A stretch of 64,000 nt of DNA from NCBI GenBank assembly GCA_030390025.1, contig CM059425.1:168518001-168582000 (forward strand), read 5' to 3'. Position numbers and translations under genes: made by a program. The stretch is from Squalus acanthias (taxonomy: Eukaryota). Under the pieces are notes generated by a model that worked only from the letters and a program-made list of their open reading frames with translations, had not been told where the DNA came from and did not search any database. Shown piece after piece: positions 60,905 through 64,000 of this stretch. Numbering within the stretch: the stretch's first letter is position 1; each line of letters opens with the position of its first letter.

Positions 60905-61851
60905 CTACTTCATCAATGACCTACCCTCCAACATAAGGTCAGAAATGGGGATGTTCGCCGATGACTGCAGTGTTCAGTGCCATTCACAACTCCTCAGATA
61001 ATGAAGCAGTCCATGCCCGCATGCAACAAGACCTGGACGACGTTCGGGCTTGGGCTGATAAGTGGCAGGTAACATTCGCGCCACACAAGTGCCAGACAAT
61101 GACTACCTCCAACAAGTGAGAGTCTAACCACGGCCCCTTGACATACCATCGCCGAATATCCCACCATCAACATCCTGTGGGGGTCACCATTGACCAGAAA
61201 CTTAACTGGACCAGCCACATAAATACTGTGGCAACAAGAGCAGGTCAGAGGCTAGTATTCTGCGGCGAGTGTCTCACCTCCTGACTCCCCAAAGCCTTTC
61301 TACCATCTACAAGGCACAAGTAAGAAGTGTGATGGAATACTCTCCACTTGCCTGGATGAGTGCAGCTCCAACAACACTCAAGAAGCTCAACACCATCCAG
61401 GACAAAGCAGCCCACTTGATTGGCACCCCATCCACCACCTTAAACATTCACTCCTTCCACCACCGGCGTACCGTGGCTGCAGTGTGTACCATCTACAAGA
61501 TGCACTGCAGCAACTCGCCAAGGCTTCTTCGGCAGTACCTCCCAAACCCGCGACCTCTTCCACCTAGAAGGACAAGGGCAGCAGGCGCATGGGAACACCA
61601 TCACCTTCAAGTTTCCCTCCAAGTCAAACAGCATCCTGACTTAGAAGTATATTGCTGATCCTTCATCGTCGCTGGGTCAAAATCCTGGAACTCCCCAACT
61701 AACAGCACTGAGGGAGGGAGTATCTTCACTTAATGGACTGCAGCGGTTCAAGAAAGCGGCTCACCACCACCTTCTCAAGGGCAACTAGGGATGGGCAATA
61801 AATGTTGGCCTTGCCAGCAATGCCCACATCCCATAAAGGAATTTTAAAAAA
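60905..61851 (+). mobile_element. LINE family C fragment including the RT FADD motif
   Basis: FINDLPSNIRSEMGMFADDC at the 5' end; same 3' end as 27078 and 51748. Confidence 0.88.
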
Positions 61852-61916
61852 TTCATTTCGGAGGCTGGGAGACCCGCCACCGACGTCCCGCCGAGGTTCG
61901 TAAAATCCAGCCCATG

Positions 61917-62208
61917 GCAGTCCCTGATAAACGCACACACATCGCTGTCCCTGATAAACGCGCACACATCGCTGTCCCTGATAAACGCGCACACATCGCT
62001 GTCCCTGATAAACGCGCACACATCGCTGTCCCTGATAAACGCGCACACATCGCTGTCCCTGATAAACGCGCACACATCGCTGTCCCTGATAAACGCGCAC
62101 ACATCGCTGTCCCTGATAAACGCGCACACATCGCTGTCCCTGATAAACGCGCACACATCGCTGTCCCTGATAAACGCGCACACATCGCTGTCCCTGATAA
62201 ACGCGCAC
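61917..62208 (+). repeat. 27-bp minisatellite GCTGTCCCTGATAAACGCGCACACATC, 10.8 units, plus one unit at 59267-59293
   Basis: Head-to-tail units, all identical except the first. Confidence 0.97.
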
Positions 62209-62378
62209 GAATGAGTTTGGAAACCACTGATAACCTTTTGGTGCTGTAACCTAAAATAGAAGCAAAATCTAAACCAACAGTTATTGGAATAATCAAACAG
62301 ATTCAGTGTTTGACTGATCATGCAACGCTTACAGTACATTGCACAAGCGAGGCTAACTCACAAGCAGCAATCAGTACC

Positions 62379-63127
62379 TACACAGAATTTACGTCTAATG
62401 TGTAAGTTATTCCTTGGTAATCAGTGATATTACAAAATGAGCATAATGAGCTAGGAAGTGATACCCCATGAATTGCCACAAGTTGCTGGATGATTTGCTC
62501 CGCTCCGCCATTAGCATCTCATTTAACAGCATCTCGCCCTTCATTTCCCCGTGAGTTTCATGATGTTGCTGCATTTGCACATTAATTGCTCATTAAACTT
62601 GCCACAGAAAGTTACGCCTAGTAATTAATAGCGCATGTACCCTTTTAACAATGTGATAATTGTTACTGACTGCCAAGCAACCTCTTTGGCCCAGAAAATT
62701 AACAGTTAAAAGTGTGGAGTCGCATTCCTGCATGTAGTGAATTGTTGTTGGAGATTTTAAAAATATTTCATTTTAAAGTTAATTTTTTTTCTTTTTTGTC
62801 TTTTTTTCTCAATCCAATCTTTCTTTCCCCCTCTCTCTTTCTCTTTCTGTACCTGATTTGACATTGAATTCACCCACTCTAATTCACCCTCCTTCTCAGT
62901 CCTTCCTCTATTTATTTCTCAATCCTTTAATCTCATTGGTTAAGGAGATACACTGTTTGTCCCGTTGTTCAACAAGGTCTCAGATTACCTGTCGCCCTCG
63001 CAACACCATTATCAGCTCACACTTCCAGCAACTTTGTGGGCTAAAGATTTTTGAGTTGAAGGGTGCAGGAACAGGTTTAACTAACACGGTATGCCGCGTG
63101 ATGCCCCGTTCCAGCAAATTCTGGGCC
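62379..63127. mobile_element. MITE, Harbinger-group-like
   Basis: Right TIR GCAAATTCTGGGCC, degenerate left end CACAGAATTTAC; same layout as 11181-11930. Confidence 0.5.
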
Positions 63128-63129
63128 AT

Positions 63130-63440
63130 CGTTTCCAGTAATTTAGGCGTGTAGAATGAGGGGGGATAGATATAAGATTAAATTTCAAAGATTTAGGACA
63201 GAGAGCAGGAGATTTTTTTTTACATAGTGGGTTGTGAGGTTGTGGAATGCACTATTGCAGTTAGTGATTGAAGAAAAGATATTAGCATTTAACAATAAGT
63301 TGGATAGATGGTTGAAGGAAAAGAGGACAAAGGGAAGAGGAGCAGGCATGTGGGAATAGGGCTTCTGCTCGTGTGGAGGGTAAATAGCAAGCCGGATGGT
63401 TGGATTGAATGGCCCATTTCCGTGTTGTAATTCTACGTAA
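63130..63440 (+). mobile_element. Old CR1 3' fragment
   Basis: GTTGTGAGGTTGTGGAATGCACTA followed by a CR1-like 3' UTR. Confidence 0.7.
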
Positions 63441-63697
63441 TTCCTTCACTATTTATTGACCCTGCTGGAAAGTGTAAATGTGCATCAAAACAGCATCAAT
63501 GTCAGCTGTGATGTCCTTCATATTTGAATGTCCCTGCCAACACTTGCTGTTTAGGCTCACGCATGAGGAATGGTCACCTGAATGAGTTACTGGAGGGGTT
63601 TGGGCATCATAAGCCAGCAGCACAAAAAAGGAGTGGACATTTTTTCCGGGTTTTTTTCAACTGTCCCTAAATGAGGAATTTTATGTTTAAATTTTAT

Positions 63698-64000
63698 ATA
63701 GGATTACATAGGATATACATCACAGAAACAGGCCATTTGGCCTTACCAGTCCATGCCGGCGTTTATGCTCCACACGAGCCTCCTCCCGTCTTTCTTCATC
63801 TAAATCTATCAGCATAACCCTCTATTCCCTTCTCCCTCGTATGCTTGTCGAGCGTCCCCTTAAATGCATCTATCTATTCGCTTCAACCACTCCCTGTGGT
63901 AGCGAGTTCCACATTCTCACCACTCTTTGGGTAAAGAAGTTTCTTCTGAATTCCCTTTTGGATTTTTTGGTGACTATCTTATATTGATGGCCTCCAGTTA
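63698..64000 (-). mobile_element. CR1 3' end running off the window
   Basis: Reverse complement of the family seen at 39500-39755 (AGAGTGGTGAGAATGTGGAACTCGCTACCACAG). Confidence 0.8.

Larger units (their letters stand above)
59294..61913. mobile_element. Non-autonomous PIF/Harbinger transposon, copy 2, with a nested LINE
   Basis: TIRs AGGCTTGATTTT / AAAATCCAGCCC, flanks ATC/ATG; homologous to 6034-7747. Confidence 0.85.

Noticed and set aside
61917..62208. CRISPR-like array of 27-bp repeats
   Set aside because: Units are head-to-tail with no unique spacers, there are no cas genes, and the context is vertebrate; it is a minisatellite.
61726..62339. Repetitive ORFs (RVYQGQRCV, CAFIRDSDV, AVPDKRAHI)
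   Set aside because: By-products of a 27-bp unit that lacks stops in several frames.
1..64000. Prokaryotic-type RT systems (retron, DGR, group II intron) or a host gene model
   Set aside because: All RT motifs are CR1/L2-group or Penelope type, and no set of exons with a recognisable product could be assembled.

Overview
This is eukaryotic, repeat-dense non-coding DNA, most likely intronic or intergenic sequence from a cartilaginous fish (inferred from Deu-domain SacSINE1-like and HE1-like SINEs and the CR1/L2 families present). I could not identify a host protein-coding exon; every long ORF is transposon-derived or low-complexity. The window holds many CR1 and L2-type LINE fragments (three near-identical young CR1 copies), two Penelope-like element (PLE) families, two internally deleted Harbinger transposons, several MITEs, a probable solo LTR and two minisatellites, often nested. 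One PLE keeps an uninterrupted 639-codon RT + GIY-YIG frame. The most notable signal is a set of minimal type I hammerhead ribozymes in the terminal repeats of both PLE families. Each family has a different self-complementary helix III (ACGU vs AGCU), and short ribozyme-bearing copies are dispersed on their own; one has an 11-bp target-site duplication (TSD) and an empty paralogous site in the window. Also seen: templated-insertion and template-switch scars, and a 54-bp duplicated motif with an RFX X-box-like core in apparently unique DNA. Family names come from motif recognition, not database searches, and boundaries of old repeats are approximate.
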